Position numbers and translations under genes: made by a program. Source: Lama guanicoe (taxonomy: Eukaryota). Taken from it: a stretch of DNA of 64,000 bases. Below, one piece after another: positions 26,204-39,194 of this stretch. The stretch is taken from NCBI GenBank assembly GCA_013239625.1, contig MU053652.1, forward strand, positions 7,183,902 to 7,247,901, in the 5' to 3' direction. The number at the start of each line of letters is the position of its first letter. Within the stretch, counting starts at the first letter, position 1. The notes below the pieces were generated by a model. That model was not told the DNA's origin. It saw nothing but the letters and a program-made list of their open reading frames with translations, and did no database searches.

Positions 26204-28741
26204 GTGTCATCCCATTCTTGTTTGAATGGCTTCAGTATGCTCTTCTCAGAAACTTAGAACAATGCATATTAAATCTCATTCTCAACTCAATCTAATGAAT
26301 GTTTATACAAACTAATACAGCCTATTGTATATTTATCTTTCTTATTCTCTGTATTTGAATTAATTTTAAAGCCAGTATGATTAACAAATTCATGGGAATG
26401 AGTCTAAGAGCCATTTAGTTTTTCCTCTCTTTTATTTAGATCTGTACTTCAGTTTTTACCAGTGTTAATTAATTTATTCAACATATGTTTGTTGATCTCT
26501 GGTTATGAACAGAAGCCTCCACCAGTCACTTGTAGGGGTTTTTCAGGTAGATAAGACATTCTTAGTCCCAATAATTTTATAGAGTTTTCAGGGCAGTAAA
26601 AAGACTAAGAAAAGTTTACAAGTATACATACAACATGAAAAATATTAAAATGCTGACTAGGAAAGTTCAGCAGAAGGAAGAATTATTTTTCCTTCTTCCT
26701 TCTTTGGGGTACAATCTAATGGAGACCTCACAGGGAAGAAGCATATACAGCCCACATTTTAAAAGATAGATAGGATCAGATAGGTGCAGAAGAGAAAAAT
26801 GCTATTTATAATTAGTGGGGGCTCAGAATACGCAAAAAATATAGGTGGAAAAGTGCTGGGCATACAAGAATCTGATTTGTATAATATTGAATGGAAGTAT
26901 ATGGAGATAAAACAGGCAAGGTCACATGAGATCACTGAGGGCCTTCAGTGCAATTTATATGTGTATATTCAAATGTAAATTCATGTTTATAAATAAATGT
27001 TATTTTTCTTTTCTTAAAATGTGTTTTTGGTTGTTATTTCCGTGTTTTCGAATGTATGCTAGAGGAAGAGTTGTAACTTTTTAACTGAGTTGTGTTGCTA
27101 ATGTTAAAATAGAATAGTTTTTTTTTATTTTGATGTAAGTACTGATATCCTGCTTCTAATGATTTATTCTTTCTCCATCATGAAAGAAATACTATTCTTT
27201 AAAAGTTCTGATTATACAGAAAAATAGAAAAATGTGCATCCCTACCACTGACACTTGCATTTAGTGTATTTATTTCTGTATAATACTTATGTTTAAGACA
27301 TTTTTAAGTGAAATAGAAAATAACATGAGATAGGTTATTTTCTGTGCTTTGAAGAGACTTTGGAACTGACAAACCAATGACTTCTCTACTTCTGTTTATC
27401 TTCCTATGTTAGTTTGACTAAACTTTAAATCTTTGACTAAGATCATAAATTTTCGTTTAAATCAGAATATACTGGTCTAAAGTAAATTGACAAAAATTGC
27501 GTATTTTTCAGTTTTTAAAAGTAATTATTCCAGAAAAAATTTACTGTTTGTTTTATTCCCCTTTAAAACTGCCTAAAACATGGTAGAAACAAAATCTTCA
27601 GTGAGAAGGAAAATTTTATCCATTTAACTTCGAAGAATTGTGGTTATTTAGCATTAACAGCACATATACTATTGTGTTTGCAGTCTCACTTGCAGAAAAT
27701 AAATGCAGAAATTAGCGGAGTTAAAGTGTCTGGATAGGGCCAGAGATTTTAGAAAGGCATTTTATGATCCTTCCTTTGATTCATAGACAGTTTATGGAGA
27801 GCCTACTTTGTGCCAGGCCCTGTAAATGCAAAGCAGAATAAGACATGACCCTTGTCTTCAGGATTCTCACAGCCTAGTTAATGGACCTAAATAGAGAATC
27901 CTAGGGATTGACACCACACCCTTGTGTGTGCAAAGCAAAAATCACTAATGGAGAAGACTTCCATTTGGTAGAGATTAAGATTATTGAAGGAAGCTGCCTA
28001 AAGCCCAGGAATCTCAGTGTATCTTAAGGTTTTGGTGTTATAATTAGAGGATATTTTATATAACACGTATATAATGCAGCAAGACAAAACTCATTGAGTG
28101 TGGTTGTTCCAGTATTTGAAAAAGAAGGAAAGGGAGATTTAAATAATGAGAGAGGCAGGAATAAATGGAGATTGGCTTCTTATTTCTGTTACAAATCTAA
28201 GTAGAAAGAAAATACCTTTGTTCTTTTTCGTATGCAAATGAAAATTTCCCATTTATGTCTCATACCCTGGATCTTTATGCACATGTATTAGCTTTGTAAT
28301 GAGGAATTTTTGCACTAGTGATATGTCTTTCTCAATGTAGTCTTTCTGAGATTTAGTTTCGCTTAATTTCCATCCTGTTGAATCATCACTGCCTTTTCAT
28401 TGTGTTTATCCATGCAGACTTACTCACATAAATTGAGATAAACATTGATTTTTGAAGTCCCACTAAAGAAATAAAAATTTCTAAGTGGTTTAGTCAGTGC
28501 GCTCCTGGTTCGCAACGTGGGGCAGCGTACTTAACTATGGTTACATTGCTGAGACCCTTTTACATGAGGCGGTAGTTTCAATCTTATATTCAAAAAGCAT
28601 TAAATAAGTTTAGGCTAACCAGTTTTTCATTTTATAGAAATGATATTTTCCTATTTTTAAATAGTAATAAAAATAAGGATCTATATGGCATTCAGACTTA
28701 CAGGTATTTTGATGATTTTAAAATTATTTTTTCCTATGTAG

Positions 28742-28855
28742 GACACCATTGCAGTGGCTGGATTTGTTGTTTTGACAGCATCTGCATCTACAAGCAGAGA
28801 TAGTAAACATTGCTTATTTTTGAAAGCATCTGAAGACTTCAGATCAACTGTTTAT
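28742..28855 (+). other. POT1: POT1 exon 4 (5' leader, 114 nt)
   Basis: tttttcctatgTAG|G acceptor; TAT|GTAAGT donor; 114 nt matches the recalled human exon size. Confidence 0.8.
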
Positions 28856-29633
28856 GTAAGTATGTAACTTTTAGTCTCTAACTATATTGTGGTTTTAATG
28901 AGCTAAAGTGATGGAATCAAAGTAGTAGTTCTGTAAATCAGCAGATAAACTCTTGAGTCTGACTGAATTATTTTAATTGAATATTTTAAGTTTAAAAAAA
29001 TAGAAATCCTTTCCTTGCCTTTGTATTTAAAATGAATCCAAGTAGAAGAGAAAGATCCTCTAAAGACAGTTGTTTGTTAAATTTTTAAACTTTACGGACA
29101 CTCTTGATCTTACTCTTTGCAGTTATACCATCAGCCTCTTTTGATGGTCTGCTTGATTTTACCTTAAATTGATCAAAGGCCCCTCTTTAGATAAAACTGA
29201 TTTCCTCCTATTTCATTCTTATGAAGGTGTCCATCCTGTTCCTCTCTTCACCACCCTCTCCCTCAGTACATCTTTAGAGACTACCTGTTTGGTCAAGGCT
29301 GTCAGGTAGAGAAGTAGAGTTGCCCACAGACCAGCATCTGCCTGGTTTTTGGTTTTTTTCTTTGTTTTGGGTGTTTTTTTTTTTTTTCAGTCTATACAGG
29401 GTATTATATTGGCCAGAAGTGATCCTATGATATTAAAATTAATGATTTAAACTGAAGCTTAGCCTAGACAACTTTGTATGTGTTACTCTTAATTTAATTT
29501 GTAAGCCATAACTTTATACTATTCTGGTGAATTTGATTATTATACAGTTAAGTGTATAGTTTTATACAATTAAAGCTCTATCATCACATTGGACATTATT
29601 TATATACAAATAAACCCTCTCTTTTTTTTTCAG

Positions 29634-29672
29634 GTTTATGTTAAATGCGTCAGAGATTTTTCTACTGAATCA
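29634..29672 (+). other. POT1: POT1 exon 5, 5' UTR part (exon 29634-29681, 48 nt)
   Basis: ctctcttttttttttCAG|G strong acceptor directly upstream of the ATG. Confidence 0.88.
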
Positions 29673-29681
29673 ATGTCTTTG
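29673..29681 (+). CDS. POT1: POT1 first coding exon part: MSL (aa 1-3)
   Basis: ATG TCT TTG followed by donor GTAAGA; joins in frame to the next exon to give MSLV..., the known POT1 N-terminus. Confidence 0.9.
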
Positions 29682-30451
29682 GTAAGAAGATAGTCATTTT
29701 AATTTAGAAATGTACACTCCCCCACACACATACACACATATATATGCATGTATATATTTGATCCACTTTGTAAGATTTCTGAGCAAGCCCTGCCTCTATT
29801 GTGTTTGACCTGAGGGATCAGCTGCCTTGGAAAAAAATCAGTGAATTCATTCTAATGTGGTTTTTAAATTTTTAACTCTTAGTATGATAGGTAACTTTAT
29901 TTCCAATTGGGAGTGAAATGGGTGGGTGATGGGACCAGATGTCTGAACCCTTTTCAGAATTGTTTGACTAATATGCAGACATATCCTTGTAAATCACTTC
30001 CCCTCTGTTTTCCAAACATATGTACAGTTATTTCAGAATTTTTTTCTTTTATTACCATTTTTAATGTCTTTATATCATTTATAATCAAAACCTAAGTTTA
30101 TTTAGGTCTTAGTAAAAATCTTCATAGCAAAATAGAAAAAAAATATATATATATGCCACAAGTTTTGAAGTGATATTAGTTAAGGTTAAAAACCAGGGTG
30201 AAAATCTCTTAAACTGTATTTTTAGAGTTGTTTACAAATTACACCATTTATAATCAAAGTTACTTATAAGAAAAGCTAGTTGGTTTATATAGTAACCTTT
30301 GTAAGCTGTGCATTTCCTTTTTTTCAGACAAGCTCTTTTTAGACACTTAAAAGGAAAAGCTGCAGGTGGACTTTCTAACTTACATGTTTGATCATAACAT
30401 GATTCTAAAGTCTAAATACTTAATAGTGATATATTCACTGTCTTTCTCTAG

Positions 30452-30566
30452 GTTCAAGCAACACATTATGTATATACACCCCTGAATCAACTCAAGAGTG
30501 GCATGATTGTCAATGTCTATGGTGTTGTGAAGTTCTTTAAGCCTCCATATCTAAGCAAAGGAACTG
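30452..30566 (+). CDS. POT1: POT1 exon 6 (115 nt; [38 protein letters not shown]), OB1
   Basis: tctttctcTAG|G acceptor; CTG|GTAAGT donor; translation matches POT1 OB1 ([26 protein letters not shown]). Confidence 0.97.
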
Positions 30567-30669
30567 GTAAGTATTAAAATTGGTCAGGATTTTAATGGAC
30601 TGGAACTGCTGTATTGGTTTCAGGAACACAGCTCCTTCAGTACCGTCTTAGAAGCTCAATTCTGGTTTA

Positions 30670-31330
30670 TAATTGCCAAACAATATTGATACAAATTTTT
30701 TTGCCATTTTTATTTACAAAATAAATATGAACATGGTTTTTAGATTCTAAAGAAAAAATAAAGAAAAGAATGCTAAATAGCAACATGACAGCATGTGAAA
30801 GTATAAAATAAGCTAGAAAAGGTAAATTTATAGACAAGTACGGAATACTGTAATAGCACAATGACATTATGTAGGTCATTGTAATTCTGGTATAGAAATT
30901 AAAAGACAAAGGTATAAAGCTATCTATAAACATACGTTAGTGGGTACATAATATAGAAAGATATAAATTGTGGCGTCAGTAACAAAGTATGTGTAGGGGG
31001 CAGCAAAAATGTAGAGCTTTGGTATGTGATAGATGTTTATTTTTTATCAGCTTAAGAAAGTTACAACTGTAAGGTGTTTTATGTAAACTTTGTGGTAATC
31101 AAAAAGAAAGTACCTACGGGTGATACACAAAAGAAAATGAGAAAGGAGTCAGAATATGTCATGACAGAAAAAAAAAATCAGTGAAACACAATGGAGGACT
31201 GTAAGGAAACATGGGACAAAAGAGCTACAAGACAGACAGGAAACAATTAAGAAAATGTCAATAATAAGTTCTTCCCTATTGGTAATTACTTTAAATGTAA
31301 AATGCTTAAACACCCCGGTCAAAAGACATA
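30670..31330 (+). mobile_element. L1 fragment (inter-ORF region and ORF2 endonuclease start)
   Basis: 'taattactttaaatgtaaaatgcttaaacaccccggtcaaaagacatag' corresponds to the ITLNVNGLN.P.KR motif of L1 EN. Confidence 0.7.
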
Positions 31331-34300
31331 GTACTTGGGTTTTTTTAAAGATAATTAAGAAGGTATAACCTATATAATAATGTAAGCTTTTAAACAGACT
31401 AATGTGTAAAAGAGTGAATCAGAAAACATGAATTTCAGTTTTCTGAGCGTTAATATAGTTAACAGACAACACACTTTGACCTTGGTTTAATTCAGTCCGT
31501 TTAGATTTAACATGTATTACTCTTCTAATTTGAAACAACATCGTTTGTAAAAGGCATCATTGTTTTATCTGTCATTAAGAAAAGAAAAGCGATGCTTCAC
31601 TGTTAATTGTAAGGTGTGAAAAATCTGAAACAGTGGTGTTGTTGATGAAATAGTCTTTACTACATGCCAGCTGCTGTGGCTCATGCTGGGAAAACAAAAA
31701 TATTCTCCTTGAGTTAATATTTTTTCAAGATTTTATTTATTGAACTATACATATGCAATTTCATTGTGGCATAAGCTCAAAGTGTACTCTTTGGTGGGAT
31801 GGTTAGAGGAAAAATCTTATTTTTATGTGGTCAGAAGACTTTGTTAATGTGCAAAGTCAAGACTTAGTTTATGTGAAAATGACCATGTGAAGACTGTTAA
31901 ATCTAGAGATGAGAATAGTTTGAAACAGGTGGCACCTAAGTCAGAAGACGACAAAGGGATGTTTTATTGAAAAGCCCTGATTTCTGTTATTTTAGCAGGA
32001 ATGGAAAAATTAAACAGTAAGTTTGAAGCAGAGAAATTTTTGTTTACATATGAATTTCTCAAATATTTTCATTCAACTTTACTTTGTTCCAAAGTCTACA
32101 TTCCATACCACAGCATACCATTCAGCATACATTTGCATATTTTCACCTTAATAGTTTCTTCTCAAGGTCATATTTTTTCCCCCTAAATCTTTCATTGCCC
32201 ATTCTGAGAATTGGCTATAAAGGTCTAATCACTGTGATCCTCTTCAAGTTCAAGTGTTATCTGTCCTTTCATTGGCTTGCCACATTCAGGAATAAGCTAC
32301 ATTATTGATAATAATGTCCATCTAACTTGGTGGAATATATAATTTTAAAGCTTTTTTGCACTTGATATGTTGCAAATTCTTACTGTTGAAAGTTTTCAGT
32401 AAATTAATCAGCAAATACACAATTTTCAAAAATAACGTGGAATGATAGTATTATAACATAAAATGATAGCTGTGTTTAAAACATTGATGACTCAATATTA
32501 GTTTTAAGTTGACATTAGACAGTGTAATCATTTTCTTCTGACAGTGTTATTAAATCATATATATGATGAAAGCATGGGGGAACTATAATAGTTATTATAT
32601 ATTCATATGCATCTATCAGATATGTTCAGTTAGATCCAGTTTCTTAATAAAAAATTCATGAGTTGTAATAAGCCAACTTTTATTACAAAGATAATATGTT
32701 TCTCTATTTCTTCTGAGATACTAAATTAAAATGAATGTCATCAATTTCATCTGAGCATATTCATTGAAACTCTAAAATATGTCTTAAGATAGAGCAAGAT
32801 CTCTTTACTGCTAGCAAGATGGTAACATTTTAAAGCTATCTGTCTTATAATTTTAGTTACATTTAACGTTTTTATTTCTGTTGATAGAGCTCATCGTTTA
32901 GCATGCTGCAGGAGAGTCAGGCAAATAGCACTGATTTTTGTGTTCAGGAAAAGATCAATTTCATTAGTATTACCTCTAAGAAGCACTGGAATAAATGTAC
33001 AGGAGCAATCCACAGCTGTGCCTTTACATAAAGCAACATTATTTCAGAAATACAGACCACAACCTAAATGTTACATCTTGATGTACATAATAGTCATGTG
33101 GAGGAAAATTACCTTTATGCAACTCAAATTTAGGTAGATGGAAAAGAAATTTCTTCTGCTATATATCATTAGCTAGAATTTTTCATTAAAATTCATTTTA
33201 TAAATGTTAAATTCAGTGCAATAGAGGCAGTTTGGTGCAATTTAGTATCTTTACTTCTTGACTAAAATTTCTCTTGAAGACTGCTTCTCATCCTCAGTAA
33301 CAGTGATTACACATGACCTGAGCATACTGCTGTCTTATTTCTGTAGCAAATGCTTTATTTCCCAAGCTTTATAGTTAATTTTGGAGGAATTGTAGCTTTT
33401 ATTCTTGGAGAAGTCTGTTAGTCCTGTTATTAAAAGGACTAAAGATACTCACATTCTTGTTTATTTGTGATGAGATTCATCATGAAAACAGCCATTCTCA
33501 AAGGTTAGGGAGAGAACGTATATTAAAAGATCATTGTATATCAAAATTGATTTTGTTAATGACTCATCAGGGTACATAATATAGCATCTTTCATATAGGA
33601 AGGAAAGCTTATTGCCAGTTTCTTCAGATTTTGAGATTTTATTGCTATTATCTTTGAAAGCTTCACATTTACTTTTGCTTTGGAGAGCTGGCTAGATACA
33701 GCTAGGTTTTCTGCCTTGCATAGTTAACATTGGGCAGATTTTTTTAGATCACACTTATAAAGGTTTAGATCACACATAGTTTTAACTTTGCCTCAGATTT
33801 TAAGAAATAGCTTAGTGTATTTTTAGACTTCTACTCTGTTCTTGCTAAATAAGGTAGATGGAGGCAGGCCATAAAACATTTCCATCCAGACTTGTTAATA
33901 GCATAGGGTCATGCTTACTTGTTTAATATCATAATGCCTGCTCACTCTAAGCAAGTGGGACGAGTGCGGGGAACCTGGCTTGTGCCTACTCTCCTAATAT
34001 TTGAGTCCAGAGGAAGGGAGAGAGAATAGTCAAAGTATCTGCATCTTCAGTTTTTACTACTCACCTCTCCTTTTGTTGTTGTTGTTGTTCTTTCCCCAGA
34101 TTTTGAGGCCCTAGAAGTCCCAGCCTTTTGTGCCACATAATATGGCACATGACTGGTTCCTTCCCCAACTTTCCTCCGGAATGCATTACCATGCTAGATT
34201 ATTTTCGTACTTCACCTCCCTTCAGAATTTCTCCATTTTAGAAAAAGCAGCTTGGTTAAACTGAGCAGTTTTTTGTATGTTGCAGTGTTTCTAGAAGCAG

Positions 34301-35164
34301 GCTTTTTCTCTTGCTCTTCAGTTTCTTAGAAAAAGGACACCTGTTTTAGCTATTTACTGAGCATTATAATCAAATTACTAACATTTTGTCTGAAACATTA
34401 GACTTCTAAGAGCTCCTGTCTGTTTTACTTTTAGTTCTTAGGATAGAGTGCTATGAGATAGAGCCGTAGGATTCCTGTCTTTCCTTGTTCTGTAAAACAT
34501 CCCACCTAACTCTGGATTGCTGATTTTGGCTGTGTGAAAATACTGTTTTCACTTATGAGACTGACTTGCCATTTATGTATTGATGTTGTACAGCTAAACT
34601 GTTTGAATATTTTTGTTTGAGTGAGTCATATTGGTTGCCTATTAATGATTATGTAGTTACTGTCTTTTAATTTCTTAAAGCATAGTAATAAACTCGCACA
34701 TATTCCACATTTAAATGGTTGAAAAAATTTTATTAATTACTGAGTAATTAATGACTCACTGGTGCTCCATAAGATCCAGGAGTCTTTGATTCATCAGAGA
34801 GAGAGATTAAAGCATCTAGTACAACATAAAATTGTATCTAATATTTAATAATAATTTTTATTTTTCAAAATTGATAATGTGTCTTTAGAAGTTTTAACCC
34901 TTTTGCAGTCCTACACCTTTATGAAAAAATGACTACAGCTAGAGAGCCTGCCTTAGAAAAATGCACATGCATGCATAAGGACTTAGACATACAGTATCAA
35001 AGGTTTGGTCCCCACTGCCTTTGAGTCTCAGATTGCAAACTCCTGATCCGTGGCATGTTAATATTCAGTTATTTGAATATTTAGTTAATATCAAAACCAC
35101 AACATACATTTTGGCTTAATGTATGGCATTTGAAGCAAAATAAATAAATATGTAGTTCTGCTTT

Positions 35165-35310
35165 TCAGTTCACTCATTTGTTCATTTATTTAACAAACAT
35201 TTATTGAGTACTTTCTATAAGCCAGGTGTTAGACATGGGGACATTCAAAGATTCATGTCATTGTGTCTACCCTCAAGAAATTTACATTTATAGTTAAGAC
35301 AGATAATCCT
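35165..35310 (-). mobile_element. L2 3' end
   Basis: 'ttcatttatttaacaaacatttattgagtactttctataagccaggtg...taccctcaagaaatttacattta'. Confidence 0.65.
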
Positions 35311-37752
35311 TACAATACAATGATTATAATTATTCGTGATTTCGCTTTGGTTTTAGTCTTCCCCCCAATTTACAAGACTCTATTTGTCCGTTTTATTATT
35401 GACTGTGTAAGATAGAATCTTCATTGTATAACATACCATGCTTTTCAAATCTGTATTTTAAAGTTGAATGATGGACTTACCTTTTATGTAAGATGTAGGT
35501 TGTGGTTTGGGCAGGCATGGAGTTTTCCATTTCCCAAGAGCTAAAAATTTGCATTGTCTAGTTGAGTGAGGTGAGACTCTTCTCCAGTGCTTAGCTATCT
35601 GACTTGCAGGAATTGAGGACATCCCGGGCACAGCTAATCATCATTTACCCGTTTAAGGATTTGGAAAGGTGAACTAAGCCTCTTTCAACACTATTTTCCA
35701 GTTATTCTGTCCAAGCCATTAGGAAGTAGGTTTCCACTTGGAGAATGAAGGTGGAGAAAAATCTTTATTCCCCCGTCACTGAACCTTTGTATTGTTTGCT
35801 TTCTTATATCAGGAATTACTTCTTTAACGAACCCTGAGGCTTCCATCTGGCTTACTGTCCATATCCCAGGATTTTCATAACCTTTTCCTCTAATGAATTA
35901 TTAGCTTGTTTATTTAGGATGTTACCCTTAATGTTTTATGAGTTTATAATTTGAATTATTTTAATGAATCATAAATTCAGTAGTTTTCTCATTCTTTTCT
36001 TGAAACTTGTGGTACATTCTTTTATTCATTCAATCAAAGAATGTCTTTGCTAGCCTTGTGTAGCTTCGTTTTTGTTGTCTGTAGACTCATAGATTATTGT
36101 GCATAGGTAAAATGACTCTCAGAGAGTTTACAAGTGAGGGAGACCTAAATGTAATCAGCTAGCTAATAGAAGGCACAGTTTTATGCCGTGGCTAAAGGAA
36201 TAAGCAGAGTGGCAATGGAGAGATTAATGCTAACAGGGGAAAGGTTCTAAGAGACATAGCATTAAAGCTGAACTTTAAAGGATAAATTGGATTTTGATAG
36301 ATGAGGAAGAAGAGACTAATATGCCAGACTTTGAAAAAAGCAACAAAAGTTGTCAGATTTATAATGAAAATGTGAACTTCTCAAAAGCTAATGGCTGAAG
36401 AAGTTGACTAAATATAATTATAATCAGTAGAATGTCAGCAGTTTATTGATGCATAATTTTCTGCTCTTGTAGCAGTCTTTTTCAGGGATCATTACGAAGG
36501 ACTATGATACTTTGGTGGTGCACGCTTTGTTTATATTCTAGAAGAATTTTTGTTTAAATTATGTATTTAACTTATGGTTTCTGTATGTGGTAAAACTGAC
36601 TCATTTGGATTGTATTGGTTATATATGCATTTAGCAGCTTTATTTATATGGTAGAACTGTCACATAGTTGGCAATTGGTCTTTGAAAGATTTTGTATTCA
36701 GAATTATTACAAATAAGATGTCTTAAGTGGTATTCAGTGGAACGCTTTGTTACATCATGTAAATGGATTCTAGTAATACTAGGTTCACAAAAATTAGTTT
36801 CAAGTTACAAATTGTTTTGATTTCCTTCTATATTTTTAAGATTTTCTTCTGCTTCAGTATATTACTTTCCCTCCCAACTTTACATATCTTAAATTAAGAA
36901 AATAAAAATATATTCTCTTCCTTACTTTTTAGTTTGGTTGTCTTTTTTCAGTGATTTCTGGCAACTTCTTATATAATAATGATAATCTCTTTTTTGTCAC
37001 ATATGTTACAGATGCTTTTCCCAGCATTTTGATTTTGTACTGGTAGTTTTGAAATACAAATGTTTAAAATGCTTGTGGAGTCATAATTTATTTGTTTGCT
37101 TAAAGACTTACCCATTAGAAGATGTGAAAAATATTAGCCTGTATTTCCTTGAAATTATTTTAAGTGTTTTAGAACAGATAGTGCATGTACTGCATGGAAT
37201 TTTGTTTTGTATGTAGTGTGCGGTGATATAACTTTTTGTTGGTAACTACCTTGTTTCAAAATCATTTATTAAATTATATGATGTGTAAATCATACATAAT
37301 ATCTATACCTCTGTATAGTGATTTGTGGAACAATACCTAACAGAGCCTGGGGTGAATTTTCTTCTTCCAGTATGTGACTTGTGATAGGTCTCCTCAAAAA
37401 AGAGGAGAGCTATTCAGATATTGCCCAGTGTTTAATCATTAGGCAGTGTATTTACTGTACTCTCTACATGAGTGTTTGGAGGTATTTGGATTGGTAGGAT
37501 TCTTTATCTCAATTCTGATTTATTATTTAACGTTATAGTCTGCTTGTTAATCTGGTTTTTTGTTTCTTCGTTCATAATTTTAATGTATTTTTAAGCCTTA
37601 CAGGAATATATTGGGTGTATTTGCCATATAGATACTGGTATCTGGATTTAAGAATATTTGAAACCGGATTAGGGCTTATATGAAACTCATACCATAAGTT
37701 GTGATTTTTTTTCATATAGCTAGAATAAATGGTGTCATGTTCTCAAAGGGGG

Positions 37753-37792
<40 letters not shown>
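37753..37792. repeat. (GT)n microsatellite, interrupted
   Basis: Direct reading. Confidence 0.9.
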
Positions 37793-37799
<7 letters not shown>

Positions 37800-38973
37800 C
37801 CCTAGTGCATTTTGTCAGATGAATGTTAAAACATGATATGTGTTATTAATAACCTATTAATACTTAATAGAATGAATATAAAATTCATGAAATTAATTAA
37901 ATTCATGAAGTAGCATACTGTTCACTAGGACAACTAGCCATTTGTCCTAGTGTTTGGATTTTAATGAAGAAGTATAATGAGTTTTAGCGTATAAAGGAAT
38001 ATGTTAGAAGTCAAAGTATTTAGCCTCTCATTTTAAGTTTTATTATTAATACCTTTAATTATTCTCCTTATGTATACAATAATCATAGTGTTTTTATTTC
38101 TAGAAATTTCAGTTTTCTTTTGGAAGTGTAGTGTAATGAATACTTGAGATAGCTTTTATATTTGTCTTTAAATGAAGCTGGAGTTTAGTAGACTTGAATA
38201 AAATGAAGTTATATTAAGTTTAGGGATAAATATTTTGACACAGAATGACTCAACTCTTGGGCATCCTGTGGTCTTTAAGATACCCACATGACAGAGAATT
38301 TGATGGTGGTGAGGTCATGTTACTCCATTGAGAGCAGCCTACCCGTGCCCACAACCTGTCCCAGGCTAAAGAAAGTTTTAAACGTCCTCCAACTTTGTTT
38401 CAATCTAAATCATGGGAGTACAAACTTGCTATTAGTAACCCACAGCTTTTCAAGTTGGTGAAGATACAAGAAAGTCATAGAAATGTATTTAGGTATACTG
38501 CCAACTCACTGATGGAGAAAAAGAGAAAAAAAACTTACCAAAAAAGTGTCCTTTTTAAATTTACTATTTCATAGCCAGTAAGCAAAACTCTTCAAAATTA
38601 ATGGAATATGACCAAGTCTGCCAGTTGCTTTATGCAAGGCCATGTCACTGGGGCTGCCTCTACACATACCAATTTTTTCTGGAGGAAAGGCCGGCAGGGA
38701 GACTACATTCAGCAGATACCTATTTCTGCCTTCCTTACAGGTTACAGATTTAGAAAGTCCAATTTGTAACTCTCCTTTCTTTTTTTTAAACCTCTTGCCT
38801 TTCCCCTGTCCAGTAGCCCTAGTGAAATACTTGTAGCTCCACAGACACCTTGCGTAACTTTTGGTTTCTTGACTAGGTCTGGTTCTTGGTGTTCTCTTTT
38901 TCTAGAATGTTATTTCTTCATCTTTACCAGGCTACACGGTGATTCAGAATTTAGGATATATATTTCTCTAAAG

Positions 38974-39194
38974 CGGTGGTTTTCAACCCCAGGGTGATTT
39001 TGCCCCCAGGAGATAGTTGGCAATGTCTGGAGAAATTGCCATTGTCACAGCTGGAGCGGCACAACTATATTCTAGTGAGCAGACACCAGATATGCCCCTT
39101 AGTATTGCACAGTGCATAGGTTCGCCACCCTCCCCGCCCAAACAATGTATTATCTTGCTCAATATGTAAACAAGGCTAAGGTTAAGAAACCTTG
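38974..39194 (+). mobile_element. MER20 hAT MITE
   Basis: 'cggtggttttcaaccccagggtgattttgcccccaggagatagttggcaatgtctggaga...aggttaagaaaccttg'; near-perfect 8-bp TSD ctctaaag/ccctaaag. Confidence 0.85.

Noticed and set aside
31996..32016. Micro-exon (tttagcag...aca|gtaagt)
   Set aside because: Very short with weak context; such motifs occur by chance in a 24-kb AT-rich intron.
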